Assembly (NCBI GenBank): GCA_002269645.1
Contig: NIVC01000263.1
Span: 297,330-361,329, forward strand
Source of the DNA: Macrostomum lignano
Lineage: Eukaryota
Direction: 5' to 3'
DNA length: 64,000 nucleotides
Shown: positions 15,391 through 29,400 of the stretch, piece after piece
Layout: the number at the start of each line of letters is the position of its first letter
Position numbering within the stretch: position 1 is the stretch's first letter
Position numbers and translations under genes: made by a program
Notes under the pieces: model-generated
The model's input: the letters and a program-made list of their open reading frames with translations, nothing else
Databases searched by the model: none
Told to the model about the DNA's origin: nothing

Positions 15391-16713
15391 GTGAGAGTCA
15401 GAGACAGGAGACAAGGTGAGAGTCAGAGACAGGAGACAAGGTGAGAGTCAGAGACAGGAGACAAGGTGAGAGTTAGAGACAGGAGACAAGGTGAGAGTCA
15501 GAGACAGGAGACAAGGTGAGAGTCAGAGACAGGAGACAAGGTGAGAGTCAGAGACAGGAGGCAAGGTGAGAGTCAGAGACAGGAGGCAAGGTGAGAGTCA
15601 GAGACAGGAGACAAGGTGAGAGTCAGAGACAGGAGGCAAGGTGAGAGTCAGAGACAGGAGACAAGGTGAGAGTTAGAGACAGGAGACAAGGTGAGAGTCA
15701 GAGACAGGAGACAAGGTGAGAGTCAGAGACAGGAGACAAGGTGAGAGTCAGAGACAGGAGACAAGGTGAGAGTCAGAGACAGGAGGCAAGGTGAGAGTCA
15801 GAGACAGGAGACAAGGTGAGAGTCAGAGACAGGAGGCAAGGTGAGAGTCAGAGACAGGAGACAAGGTGAGAGTCAGAGACAGGAGACAAGGTGAGAGTTA
15901 GAGACAGGAGACAAGGTGAGAGTCAGAGACAGGAGACAAGGTGAGAGTCAGAGATACATGTAGGAGACAAGATGAGAGTCAGAGACAGGAGACCAGGTGA
16001 GAGTCAGAGACAGGAGACAAGGTGAGAGTCAGAGACAGGAGACAAGGTGAGAGTCAGAGACAGGAGACAAGGTGAGAGTTAGAGACAGGAGACAAGGTGA
16101 GAGTCAGAGACAGGAGACAAGGTGAGAGTCAGAGATACATGTAGGAGACAAGATGAGAGTCAGAGACAGGAGACCAGGTGAGAGTCAGAGACAGGAGACA
16201 AGGTGAGAGTCAGAGACAGGAGGCAAGGTGAGAGTCAGAGACAGGAGGCAAGGTGAGAGTCAGAGACAGGAGGCAAGGTGAGAGTCAGAGACAGGAGGCA
16301 AGGTGAGAGTCAGAGACAGGAGGCAAGGTGAGAGTCAGAGACAGGAGGCAAGGTGAGAGTCAGAGACAGGAGGCAAGGTGAGAGTCAGAGACAGGAGGCA
16401 AGGTGAGAGTCAGAGACAGGAGGCAAGGTGAGAGTCAGAGACAGGAGGCAAGGTGAGAGTCAGAGACAGGAGGCAAGGTGAGAGTCAGAGACAGGAGACA
16501 AGGTGAGAGTCAGAGACAGGAGACAAGGTGAGAGTCAGAGACAGGAGGCAAGGTGAGAGTCAGAGACAGGAGGCAAGGTGAGAGTCAGAGACAGGAGGCA
16601 AGGTGAGAGTCAGAGACAGGAGACAAGGTGAGAGTCAGAGACAGGAGACAAGGTGAGAGTCAGAGACAGGAGGCAAGGTGAGAGTCAGAGACAGGAGACA
16701 AGGTGAGAGTCAG
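15375..16713. repeat. 25-bp minisatellite GAGACAGGAGACAAGGTGAGAGTCA
   Basis: About 53 copies, each containing AAG|GTGAGA. Confidence 0.95.
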
Positions 16714-17131
16714 GGCTCAAGCAAGAAAATCACGCCGCTGGCCCAGCATTGGGATTTGTAGCAGAAGAGGATTCAGACCTGAGATATGCTAAAGAAATCA
16801 ATGACTCTCAGGTGATCTTTCAAACTATTAGAGTGCAATGGGAAGTTCTTTTATTTTATCTCCTTCCCTTTTCCTTCAGCTTCAGTCTTCATTTCGAATT
16901 CAAATTCTTGAGCACAGGAAGTCTCGGGGCTGCGAGACGGGGATGGAGTAGGTGGAAAGGGGAAGGAAGCCCGTTCCTGATTGGCGGCTGCAGAGGCTTC
17001 ATCCTCAGCCTCTCGGCCCCACTATAATTGTAATTGCCCGCCGCGCACCCCTTGGGGCTCGCGGTCCGTTGCTCTCGGGGAATTTTCTGGAAAATTCCCC
17101 TGCTTTGCGAAGCTGCTTTTTCTGTTGCATC

Positions 17132-17414
17132 ATGATGACGCTGACTTCTATTGACGAGGATTCTGTGTGCGACGGGGCTGTGACAGACTCGCCCAGTCCC
17201 GGGCCTCACAGCAGCCTTCTTGGTGGCAGCGGCAGCGGCGGCAGCGGCGGTGGCGGCGGAGGAGGCGGCAGTCCGTTCATGCCTGGCCGAGGCCGGCACA
17301 GCTCGCTGTCAATCAATCGGCGCACCTCGATTTTGATGGCTCTGCATCAGTTTGACCAGCTGCAAGATGAGAACAGGGGCGACTTTGGAGATTATCTGGA
17401 TGAGTTTCTTGATG
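17132..17414 (+). CDS. Candidate alternative first coding exon B of the SLC4A11-like gene
   Basis: MMTLTSIDEDSVCDG...GGGGGGGSPF...RRTSILMALHQFDQLQDENRGDFGDYLDEFLD; donor G|GTGAGC in phase 1; CpG-rich upstream region with ATTGG (reverse CCAAT) at 16980. Confidence 0.55.
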
Positions 17415-17457
17415 GTGAGCGTTTTGGGGGCGAGGTTTGTCAGTAGGAATGTCGGGG

Positions 17458-18791
17458 GAGTGACTGGGAGAGTGAGCTGTCTGTGACTTTGGCAGTGCAC
17501 GGGAGTGACTGGGAGAGTGAGCTGTTTGTGACATTGGCAGTGCACGGGAGTGACTGGGAGAGTGAGCTGTTTGTGACATTGGCAGTTCATGGGAGTGACT
17601 GGGAGAGTGAGCTGTCTGTGACATTGGCAGTGCGCATGAGTGACTGGGAGAGTGAGCTGTCTGTGACATTGGCAGTTCATGGGAGTGACTGGGAGAGTGA
17701 GCTGTTTGTGACATTGGCAGTGCGCATGAGTGACTGGGAGAGTGAGCTGACTGTGACTTTGGCAGTTCATGGGAGTGACTGGGAGAGTGAGCTGTCTGTG
17801 ACATTGGTCAGCGCGTGAGTGACTGGGAGAGTGAGCTGTCTGTGACATTGGTCAGTACGTGAGTGACTGGGAGAGTGAGCTGTCTGTGACATTGGTCAGT
17901 GCACGGGAGTGACTGGGAGAGTGAGCTGTCTGTGACATTGGCTTTGCGCATGAGTGACTGGGAGAGTGAGCTGTCTGTGACATTGGTCAGTGCGTGAGTG
18001 ACTGGGAGAGTGAGCTGTCTGTGACATTGGTCAGTGCACGGGAGTGACTGGGAGAGTGAGCTGTCTGTGACAATGGCAGTTCATGGGAGTGACTGGGAGA
18101 GTGAGCTGTTTGTGACATTGGCAGTTCATGGGAGTGACTGGGAGAGTGAGCTGTTTGTGACATTGGCAGTTCATGGGAGTGACTGGGAGAGTGAGCTGTC
18201 TGTGACATTGGCAGTTCATGGGAGTGACTGGAGAGTGAGCTGTCTGTGACAATGGCAGTTCATGGGAGTGACTGGGAGAGTGAGCTGTTTGTGACATTGG
18301 CAGTTCATGGGAGTGACTGGGAGAGTGAGCTGTCTGTGACATTGGCAGTTCATGGGAGTGACTGGGAGAGTGAGCTGTCTGTGACATTGGCAGTTCATGG
18401 GAGTGACTGGGAGAGTGAGCTGTTTGTGACATTGGCAGTTCATGGGAGTGACTGGGAGAGTGAGCTGTCTGTGACATTGGCAGTTCATGGGAGTGACTGG
18501 GAGAGTGAGCTGTCTGTGACATTGGCAGTTCATGGGAGTGACTGGGAGAGTGAGCTGTTTGTGACATTGGCAGTTCATGGGAGTGACTGGGAGAGTGAGC
18601 TGTCTGTGACATTGGCAGTTCATGGGAGTGACTGGGAGAGTGAGCTGTCTGTGACATTGGCAGTTCATGGGAGTGACTGGGAGAGTGAGCTGTTTGTGAC
18701 ATTGGCAGTTCATGGGAGTGACTGGGAGAGTGAGCTGTCTGTGACATTGGTCAGTGCACGGGAGTGACTGGGAGAGTGAGCTGTCTGTGAC
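17458..18791. repeat. 45-bp minisatellite GACTGGGAGAGTGAGCTGTCTGTGACATTGGCAGTTCATGGGAGT
   Basis: About 30 copies starting ~45 nt after the exon B donor. Confidence 0.93.
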
Positions 18792-20451
18792 GATATCGTC
18801 TCAATCTCGCCGCCTGCTACCTGAGACTATCGCCAGCCAATGAAGATGGCTGAGGCTGAGTTGTCCCCTCACGCAGCTGTTTCCCCTTCCCATCTCATAC
18901 CTGTGCCCGCTGCGCCGTTAAAAGCATTCTGACCGGATCAACAAAGGCGGCGCCCCTGTCTGACTTGCTGTGGCAGCTTTTGGTATCCAAATGAGGCTAT
19001 GGGATATCTTTGTGAGCCTCCCTTCCCCTCTGGTGCTTACTTTCCTCCTCTTACTCTCTTTTAACTCCCGTCTTCTGCTTAAATTCTAAATTCCCTTTGA
19101 TGCCTCATCTGGGTCAGCTTTCAAAATGTACTTTTGTAGTCTTTTAAGCTTGACGCCAGGCTTTGTTGTTTCTTCAAGTCGTAGCCGCTTTGTAATAAGG
19201 CTTCGCGAATTCTTATGCTCGGTCATACGAGTACTTCGGTACGCATTTCTCAGGAACTGAAACTCAATATTTCATGAGTTCTAATCCTTATGAAAAAGTG
19301 ACTATAGTTCTATAGTTGTCCCAGAGTTAAAATAGATTGGGCGTATCAGAGTTACATCGATTTTCGACACATATCGGGAATTCATTGTGGGACTAGTTGC
19401 TGTTATCTGTTGGCTGGTGTCGTGACAGAGGAAAGTTCACTTCATGAACACTCACCGCTCTCCCCGCTCCCCACTCTCTCTTCCGCTCTCCACTCTCTCT
19501 TCCGCTCTCTACTCTCTCCTTCCGCTCTTTCCACTCTCTCTTCCGCTCTCTACTCTCTCCTTCCGCTCTTTCCACTCTCTCTTCCGCTCTCTACTCTCTC
19601 CTTCCGCTCTTTCCACTCTCTCTTCCGCTCTCTACTCTCTCCTTCCGCTCTTTCCACTCTCTCTTCCGCTCTCTACTCTCTCCTTCCGCTCTCTACTCTC
19701 TCTTTCCGCTCCCTCCACCTTCTCTGTTCTCTCCATTCTCTCTTTCCGCTCTCTCTACTCTGTATATCCGCTCTCTCCTTTCTCCTCCCTGTCTTCTTCC
19801 TGCCATTCTTCCCCACTCTCCTCTTTACTTTGCCCATAATCGCAGCTACTTAGCTCATAAAGCGTCTTAAATCCTTATCTCGATAATCAAGTCAGCGGTC
19901 CCAGCTGATAATCTGATATTTCACACGCCGCTCTAATACGCATCTGACAATGTATTCCAATGTATATCTGCTTAATAATTCCCTCCACCCGCTAGCAGCC
20001 GCCCACACTGACGACAAAAAATCGAACACAGGAGATATTTCCTGTTTGCTAAAAGTTCGTCTCTTCTCCAGACACAGCTCAGACCGCAATGCGAGTGTCT
20101 GGGAGTCTTTCTTGCCTGCCGTGACCGCTTCAGTCTGATGGACATTCGGTCGAAAAAGAATTCAAAATTATCGATTCTAACATTGATCAGCGTCCGAAAA
20201 TTGGCTACGCGGGATTTCCTAGAAACTGCTTTCTTAGAAAAATCTATTTTGAAATTTACGACGAAAACAACCGTAAAGCTTAGATACAGAACTGTTCGAT
20301 GCATAGTACCGAGCCTACATGCAAGTGGAAGTTATATATGATATATTTTATAAACAACCAAAGAGGAGACTGGATCCAAGGACCACTTGAAGTTACCGTT
20401 CAGTCTAGTGGTCCTTGACTCGATCACGTCAAGTGACCCAGCTCTAATGAA

Positions 20452-21079
20452 CAGTGCAGGAGGGCTCGATCGTGTCACGTGATACAGTTTAAATGTACAG
20501 TGCAGGAGGGCTCGATCGTGTCACGTGATACAGTTTAAATGTACAGTGCAGGAGGGCTCGATCGTGTCACGTGATACAGTTTAAATGTACAGTGCAGGAG
20601 GGCTCGATCGTGTCACGTGATACAGTTTAAATGTACAGTGCAGGAGGGCTCGATCGTGTCATGTGATACAGTTTAAATGTACAGTGCAGGAGGGCTCGAT
20701 CGTGTCACGTGATACAGTTTAAATGTACAGTGCAGGAGGGCTCGATCGTGTCACGTGATACAGCTTAAATGTACAGTGCAGGAGGGCTCGATCGTGTCAC
20801 GTGATACAGTTTAAATGTACAGTGCAGGAGGGCTCGATCGTGTCACGTGATACAGTTTAAATGTACAGTGCAGGAGGGCTCGATCGTGTCACGTGATACA
20901 GTTTAAATGTACAGTGCAGGAGGGCTCGATCGTGTCACGTGATACAGTTTAAATGTACAGTGCAGGAGGCTGGATCGTGTCACGTGATACAGTTTAAATG
21001 TACAGTGCAGGAGGCTCGATCGTGTCACGTGATACAGTTTAAATGTACAGTGCAGGAGGCTCGATCGTGTCACGTGATA
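20452..21079. repeat. 46-bp palindrome-rich minisatellite GTGCAGGAGGGCTCGATCGTGTCACGTGATACAGTTTAAATGTACA
   Basis: About 13.5 copies. Confidence 0.93.
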
Positions 21080-21489
21080 GATTGTACCAAAAAAGGATTG
21101 CAATATATCTGATACTTGCGAATAGAGAAACCACAAATTGTTTGAAAATAAAAGCTGTCAGCACAAAATCTGATTTACTGAAACGTTTCACCTGCAGTCT
21201 AGGCGGCTGAAGATCGTTAGGGCTTCAGCACCTCTATTCAACTCAAATAAGCGGATTAGCGTTGTGCTCGCACTTAATTTTCCTGGGAGATTAGCGGTCG
21301 TAAAACAGGCCGGACAATATTGGCCGCTTGCTTGCCAAAAGCTGCTCGAGTGACTGCCAAGGAGCTGCTTGCAGTGTCCGAGTGCCTGATTTAATGCGCG
21401 CTGGCTGACCCCGTCAATCAGGGAAATGGTCCTCTCGAATGTGAGAGCGTAATTTAACCAACACAGCGCTTGGGGTGTCCGGATTGATT

Positions 21490-22072
21490 GCTCCTTCTCC
21501 TTCCCTTCCCCCATCTCAGCTCTCCCCACTCTCCTCTCTTCTCCTCTGTCCTCCCTCCTCTTTATTCTTTTCTCTCTCCTCTCTCCTCTCTCATGTCTCC
21601 TCTCTTTTCTTTCCTGTCTCCTCTCTCCTCTTTCCTATCTCATCTCTTCTCTCTCCTGTGTCCTCTCTCCTCTCTCCTCTTTCCTCTCTTCTCTCTCCTG
21701 TCTTCTCTCTCCTGTCTCCTCTCTCCTCTCTCGTCTCTCCTCTTTCCTCTCTTCTCTCTCCTGTCTTCTCTCTCCTGTCTCCTCTATTCTTTCTTCTGTC
21801 TCCTCTCTCCTCTTTCCTGTCTCCTCTCTCCTCTTTCCTGTCTCCTCTCTCCTCTTTCCTATCTCATCTCTCCTCTTTCCTATCTCATCTCTTCTCTCTC
21901 CCGTCTCCTCTCTCCTCTTTCCTGTCTCCTCTCTCCTCTTTCCTCTCTCATCTCTTCTCTCTCTCCTGTGTCCTCTCTCCTCTCTCCTGTGTCCTCCTCT
22001 CTCCTCTCTCTTCTCTCCTCTTTCCTCTCTTCTCTCTCCTGTCTTCTCTCTCCTGTCTCCTCTCTCCTCTTC

Positions 22073-22103
<31 letters not shown>

Positions 22104-22145
22104 CTCTCCTCTCCCCCATCTCATTCAATTCTCTCCTCAGCTTCT
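21490..22145. repeat. CT-rich low-complexity tract
   Basis: Direct reading; a similar tract lies at 19465-19820. Confidence 0.85.
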
Positions 22146-22744
22146 ATCTTCAGCGCAATTCTAAAGGCCAGAGCAGTTTGATGATCAATAGATTCGAGCT
22201 TAGCGCGTTGCACTCTAGAATCTCCAAGCAAATTTTTGTACTAAAATAATCCAAAATGCCATCGCGGCATCGGGCCAACTCTCCCGCGAAATCCAAGGCT
22301 TTAATCCCCTGCCTTGCAACGCCTTCCTGTCGGCCGAGACGCTGCGGACTTCTCCCAGTTAAATGGATTTTTTTCTGAGAGTTTCGGCTGCTCCGGGATA
22401 TCCAAGCCTCTCTGGCTGGGGAAATGCGAATAAAAATAAATGAATAAAAAATCGGGAAACTGGGATTGTCTGGCGGTGTGAGAGCGCTTGGGATGACAAT
22501 CGGTGCCCTGGAGGGATGATTGGGTTGATGAGGCAGAACTGAGACTGGGGCGACCTCATGGGCTGCTGTAAGGGAAGAAAAATGACAGTTCAGAGTGGGT
22601 GACAGCTGTTTCAGACACATGATTTCCGAAGCGATAACTGGGAGTAGAGTTAGAGAAGTGGAGAGATGGAGAGAAGTAGAGAGGGGGAAAAGTAGAGAGA
22701 GGGGAGAAGTAGAGGGAGGGGGAGAAGTGGAGACGGTGAGAAGT

Positions 22745-23135
22745 AGAGTTCTACTTCTACTTCTACTTCAATGAGAGTTATACTTCTACTTTAATGAGAG
22801 TTCTACTTCTACTTTAATGAGAGTTCTACTTCTACTTTAATGAGAGTTCTACTTCTACTTTATTGAGAGTTCTACTTCTACTTTAATGAGAGTTCTACTT
22901 CTACTTTAATGAGAGTTCTACTTCTACTTTAATGAGAGTTCTACTTCTACTTTAATGAGAGTTCTACTTCTACTTTAATGAGAGTTCTACTTCTACTTTA
23001 ATGAGAGTTCTACTTCTACTTTAATGAGAGTTCTACTTCTACTTTAATGAGAGTTCTACTTCTACTTTAATGAGAGTTCTACTTCTACTTTAATGAGAGT
23101 TCTACTTCTACTTTAATGAGAGTTCTACTTCTACT
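22745..23135. repeat. 23-bp minisatellite GAGTTCTACTTCTACTTTAATGA
   Basis: Period 23. Confidence 0.9.
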
Positions 23136-23564
23136 TGCTGATGTAGAAGTTCTGAAGCACACTAATATCCAAAATAGTCAGCTAGCTCAGAGGCCAATGA
23201 GCCTGTTATTATATTCCCTGCCCGCATAGCAACAGACGGCCCACCTGCAGCCATAGGAATTATTAACACGCGCCTGGAGCAATTAGTTTCAAATTTCAGG
23301 AACAGCCTTTTTTGGCAAAAAAGTCAAGCGAGATTCAACTCGGGAAATTCCTTGATCCTAGAAATTTCCCCTCCATAATCTGCCGGCTGCGAGACGCAAA
23401 TTCAAACAGCAACACATCGGGGCTTCCTTAATCGGATTGGGATTTGCAGATATGTTGGTGACTGCCGCCCCCCCCCCCGATTATCTGGGATCTGCTGTCC
23501 GCCCTCACGCCATCCAGGAGAGCCGGTATCGATTTCCATTTGCCTCATCCTCTTCTCTCCCTTC

Positions 23565-24270
23565 ATCTCTCTTTCTCTGACCTATTCATTCTATCCTTTT
23601 ATCTACCCATTCTCTCCCTTTTATATATCCATTTCTCCCTTCATCTATTCATTCTATTCCTTCATCTATCTATTCTCTCCCTTCATCTATCCATTCTCTC
23701 CCTTCATATATCCATTCTCTCCTTTCATCTATCCATTCTCTCCCTTCATCTATCCATTCTCTCCCTTCATCTATCCATTCTCTCCCTTCATCTATCCATT
23801 CTCTCCCTTCATCTATCCATTCTCTCCCTTCATCTATCCATTCTCTCCCTTCATCTATCCATTCTCTCCCTTCATCTATCCATTCTCTCCTTTCATCTAT
23901 CCATTCTCTCCCTTCATCTATCCATTCTCTCCTTTCATCTATCCATTCTATTCCTTCATCTATCCATTCTATTCCTTCATCTATCTATTCTCTCCCTTTA
24001 TCTATCCATTCTATTCCTTCATCTATCCATTCTCTCCCTTTCATCTATCCATTCTATTCCTTCATCTATCCATTTTCTCCCTTTATCTATCCATTCTCTC
24101 CCTTTATCTATCCATTCTCTCCCTTTATCTATCCATTCTCTCCCTTCATCTATCCATTCTCTCCCTTTATCTATCCATTCTCTCCCTTTATCTATCCATT
24201 CTCTCCCTTTATCTATCTATTCTCTCCCTTTATCTATCTAGCCTCTCCTTTCATCTCTCTCCCTCTCTCT
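23565..24270. repeat. 21-bp minisatellite CTATCCATTCTCTCCCTTCAT
   Basis: Period 21. Confidence 0.9.
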
Positions 24271-24469
24271 TACGGCTTTCTATTCTTTCTTACGACTTAT
24301 TAATATTTCCGTGTTTAATGTCCAACTGAATTCCCCTCCCTCTGTTATTTTCCTGATTTATTGCTACTATTAATAACTTCATCTGTATGTCTACTTGCAC
24401 ACTACTTTAAGTACCATCGAGCAGTTAATTGATGCAAGGGCTGACAAAACGACCCAACGACTGTCCTCT

Positions 24470-24692
24470 TGACTGCTATCTTAACTGCTCTCATAACTGT
24501 TCTCATAACTGTTCTCATAACTGTTCTCATAACTGTTCTCATAACTGTTCTCATGACTGTCCTCATAACTGTTCTCATGACTGTCCTCATAACTGTTCTC
24601 ATAACTGTTCTTATGACTTTTCTCACGACTACTCTCATGACTGTCCTCATGACTGTCCTCATGACTGTCCTCATGACTGTTCTCATGACTTC
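24470..24692. repeat. 12-bp repeat TCATAACTGTTC / TCATGACTGTCC
   Basis: Period 12. Confidence 0.88.
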
Positions 24693-25003
24693 CTAATGAC
24701 CTCATGTCCTCTCCAATGCAGTTTCCATAAGTGTGTCTCGCTTTCGCACTCTCTCTCTCTCTCTCTCTAAGCAGAACAGCTGGGAGGGGCCCAAGTCTCC
24801 AGAATCCAATGGAAGCGCTGTCCTCCTCTGATTGGATGCCGGCACTTGACTGGGCTGGCTTTCAAAGCGAAGAAACTTCACAGAAAGCAGGAAACCAAAA
24901 AAGCCCGCCAAGCTAAAACAATCAAGCCAACTAGAAGAGAAGTGCAATAGAAGAAAGATTGCACAGAAAATTGAAACAAGTGCAGCCCGACTCGACACCG
25001 GAG

Positions 25004-25196
25004 ATGCGCCGCACCCAGCGCAGCCCGCAGCCGCGCGACTCGGGCATCGCCGAGGCCGCGCCAAGCCGGCCTTCGTCGGCCAGCCACGCCATCCTGGCTG
25101 CGGCTGCCACCGCGGGCCTCCTCATGGCCGCCGGCGCCGACGGGGCAGCGCGGCAGCAGCAGGGAATCAGATTCGACATCAGGGCTGGGCGGGCTC
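25004..25196 (+). CDS. Candidate alternative first coding exon C of the SLC4A11-like gene
   Basis: MRRTQRSPQPRDSGIAEAAP...GIRFDIRAGRA; very GC/CpG-rich; donor C|GTAAGA in phase 1; CCAAT at 24806 and ATTGG at 24831 upstream. Confidence 0.5.
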
Positions 25197-25340
25197 GTAA
25201 GAGACTGCGGGATGGCAGACACTGCCGGATATTTGATAGTTTAATGCTATGGAAGCCAGCCCGGTTCTCAGATTGAACTCACCTGCTTTTTCCGCTTGGA
25301 TCTTTCCTAAACTGTGAAATTTAAAACCGAAGAAATTCTA

Positions 25341-25901
<561 letters not shown>

Positions 25902-25932
25902 CTAAAGACGACGCCCTCCTCAACCATTGCAG

Positions 25933-26382
25933 ACGAGTCTCTCCCCTGTCTGGTGGTCTCTCGACTTGAGGTGAGCTATCCGCCTTTGATCATTGCTACA
26001 GTACAGAAAGTACAGACTTCCGTAGACCGAGATCAACCCGCCCGCACGCTTCTCCGCAGAAAATTCCTCTGAAGGATTTCAGCAGCGAAATCCGCGCCAA
26101 CATGGACATCCAGCGGTTCCTGAAGGAGGCCACTCTGCTGCTGGACGTCGAAGGCGCCAACGTGGAGTGCATCATCGAGCAGATGCTGCGTTCCATCTTC
26201 CGGGCGGACCACGAATCTCATCATTCCAGCGGCAGCGGCGGCGGAGGTGGCGATGGCGGCTCAGTCGCAGGAGCGGCTGGCGCCATCGACTCCAGACTCG
26301 ATGCCAAAGTGCAGGACGCTAAGAAGACCCTGTTTCTGCAGGCTAACTGGATGGACTACACCTGTGAGTCTGTCTGTATCCG

Positions 26383-26479
<97 letters not shown>

Positions 26480-29400
26480 TTCTTTGTACCCGTTCATCTG
26501 CTTCCATTTCGCTTGGCACTGCATAGAAATAAAAATTTTATTTCAGTTTAACGTCTCCAACCCAGCCGCATTCTGCGGCTCTCCCAAGCCAGTGAATGAA
26601 TTATTTCCCAGCCGCATTGTGGCAGATTCGAGGCCAAGAAAAGTGCAGCCAAGGCTGAACTGAAAGCCCGGATTCTCTGGTCGATCCGGTGCGGGCTGGG
26701 GGCCATTAATGCCAGCCTCTTGTCCAGGCCTGGCAGAGACAGATGAGGCCCGAGTTACCAGTGGTTCCGCCACCCTAATTAGGCCGGCGATATCCGTATG
26801 ATTAGGCTGGTGGCGGATCCCCTCGCATCAGAGTTCGATTTCGCTTCGCTTGGTCAATTGGATTTCTTTCTTGGAGTTGGTCTATGCTGAATCATGTGCT
26901 CACGAGCGCCTGTCTACAAGGCGATGAGAGATTCAGTCACGATAGATGATAGATGGGTATAGAAATAATACTAACCACTGCAAAGTAGCCCAGGTGTGGC
27001 GCCCCCTGTCAAAGGAAATGGCGCCCCCTGTGAACGAAAATGGCGTCCCTTGTCAAAGAAAATGGCGCGCCTGTGAACGAAAATGGCGCCCCATCAAAGG
27101 AAAAGGCGCCCCTTTTCAAAGGAAATGGCGCCCCTTGTCAAAGGACATGGCGCCCCTATCAAAAGACATGGCGCTTCTTGTCAAAGGAAATGGCGCCCCT
27201 TATCAAAGGAAATGGCGCCCCTATCAAAGGACATGGCGCTTCTTGTCAAAGGAAATGGCGCCCCTTGTCAACGGAAATGGCGCTTCTTGTCAAAAGAAAT
27301 GGCGCCCCTTGTCAACGGACATGGCGCCCCTATCGAAGTACATGGCGCTTCTTGTCAAAGGAAATGGCGCCCCTTGTCAACGGACATGGCGCTTCTTGTC
27401 AAAGGAAATGGCGCCCCTTGTCAACGAAAATGGTGCCCCCATAAACGGAGATCTCTAATGGAAGATCCTGGCCACGTGCCTTTTGACTCACTAATGACTA
27501 GCAAATGCTTAGCTTCAGTGCCGCGTGGCAGCGTGTGTTGGGGGGGGGCACGGATGGGTTTGGACCTCCCCACTTCCCCACTTAATTATCATCTTGCTGG
27601 CTACGAGCCAACTGCATCGCCTGAACACTGAGAAGTCTGCTTGGCGCTTTCTGATTATTGCAGATCAGCGCCTCGCCAAGACAATCAAGAGCATCTCTGT
27701 GGTGGACAGCGAAGGCCTCATCACTGACAACAGTTGGCTGTGTACCATGTGAGTTCGAAGCGTTTGATATACGCAACAACATTAGCAACTACAAAAAGAA
27801 CAACAACAAGGACAACAACATCAACAACATCAACAACATTAACAACATCAACAACAACAACATCAACAACATCAACAACATCAACATCAACAACATCAAC
27901 AACATCAACGTCAACAACATCAACAACATCAACAACATCAACATCAACAACATCAACATCAACAACATCAACAACATTAACAACATCAACAACAACAACA
28001 TAAACAATATCAACAACATCAACAACATCAACATCAACAACATCAACAACATTAACAACATCAACAACATCAACAACATCAACATCAACAACATCAACAA
28101 CATTAACAACATCAACAACAACAACATAAACAACATCAACAACATCAACAACATCAACATCAACAACATCAACATCAACAACATTAACAATATATCAACA
28201 ATATCAACATCAACAACACCAACAGCATTAACAACATCAACAAAATCAACAACATTAACAACAATAGCAACAACAACAACAACAGAAACAAAAGCAACAA
28301 CAACGACAACAACAACAACAATAACATCAACAACACCAACAGCATTAACAACATCAACAAAATCAACAACAATAGCAAAAACAAGAACAACAACAGCAGC
28401 AGAAACAACATCAACAACAATAAGAACATAAACATCAACAACAACATCAGCAATATCAACAACAACAACATCACCGTCAACCTGCTGTTCGAGCCAGTTT
28501 CTATTGCTATAACAATTGCTATTGTTATAGCAATTTCCCTATGCAGTTCTGTTAGTTTAATGATGATAACACTACCTAACCAACCCTCACGCAACCGGAC
28601 TTGCTCAACAGGTGCTCGCTAAACGGAGTCCAAAAGCGCCACGTGGCCATAGCGAGACTGAGCACCCCGGTGAATCTCGGCCGCTCGTCCGAGGGCGTCA
28701 GCTTCATCCTGCTGGTGGTGACACCCACAAAAGAGGTGAGCGAGGGGATCGGGGATGGGAGATGAAGGGATGCGAGATGAAGGGATGGGGGATCAAGGGA
28801 TGGGAGATCAAGGGATGGGGGATCAAGGGATGGGGGATCAGGGGATGGGAGATCAAGGGATGGGAGATCAAGGGATGGGAGATCAAGGGATGGGAGATCA
28901 AGGGATGGGAGATCAAGGGATAGGAGATCAAGGGATGGGAGATGAAGGGATGGGAGATCAAGGGATGGGGGATCAAGGGATGGGAGATCAAGGGATGGGG
29001 GATCAAGGGATGGGGGATCAGGGGATGGGAGATCAAGGGATGGGAGATCAAGGGATGGGAGATCAAGGGATGGGAGATCAAGGGATGGGAGATCAAGGGA
29101 TAGGAGATCAAGGGATGGGAGATGAAGGGATGGGAGATCAAGGGATGGGGGATCAAGGGATGGGGGATCAAGGGATGGGAGATCAAGGGATGGGAGATCA
29201 AGGGATGGGAGATCAAGGGATGGGAGATCAAGGGATGGGGGATCAAGGGATGGGGGATCAAGGGATGGGAGATCAAGGGATGGGAGATCAAGGGATGGGA
29301 GATCAAGGGATAGGAGATCAAGGGATGGGAGATCAAGGGATGGGAGATCAAGGGATGGGAGATCAAGGGATGGGAGATCAAGGAATGGGAGATGAAGGGA

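Noticed and set aside
17483-18767. VTLAVHGSDWESEL repeat protein
   Set aside because: A 45-bp (multiple-of-3) intronic minisatellite, open on both strands, with no independent coding evidence.
27658-28594. Poly-Asn/Thr (prion-like or mucin-like) ORFs
   Set aside because: Intronic (AAC)n tract after the 27748 donor.
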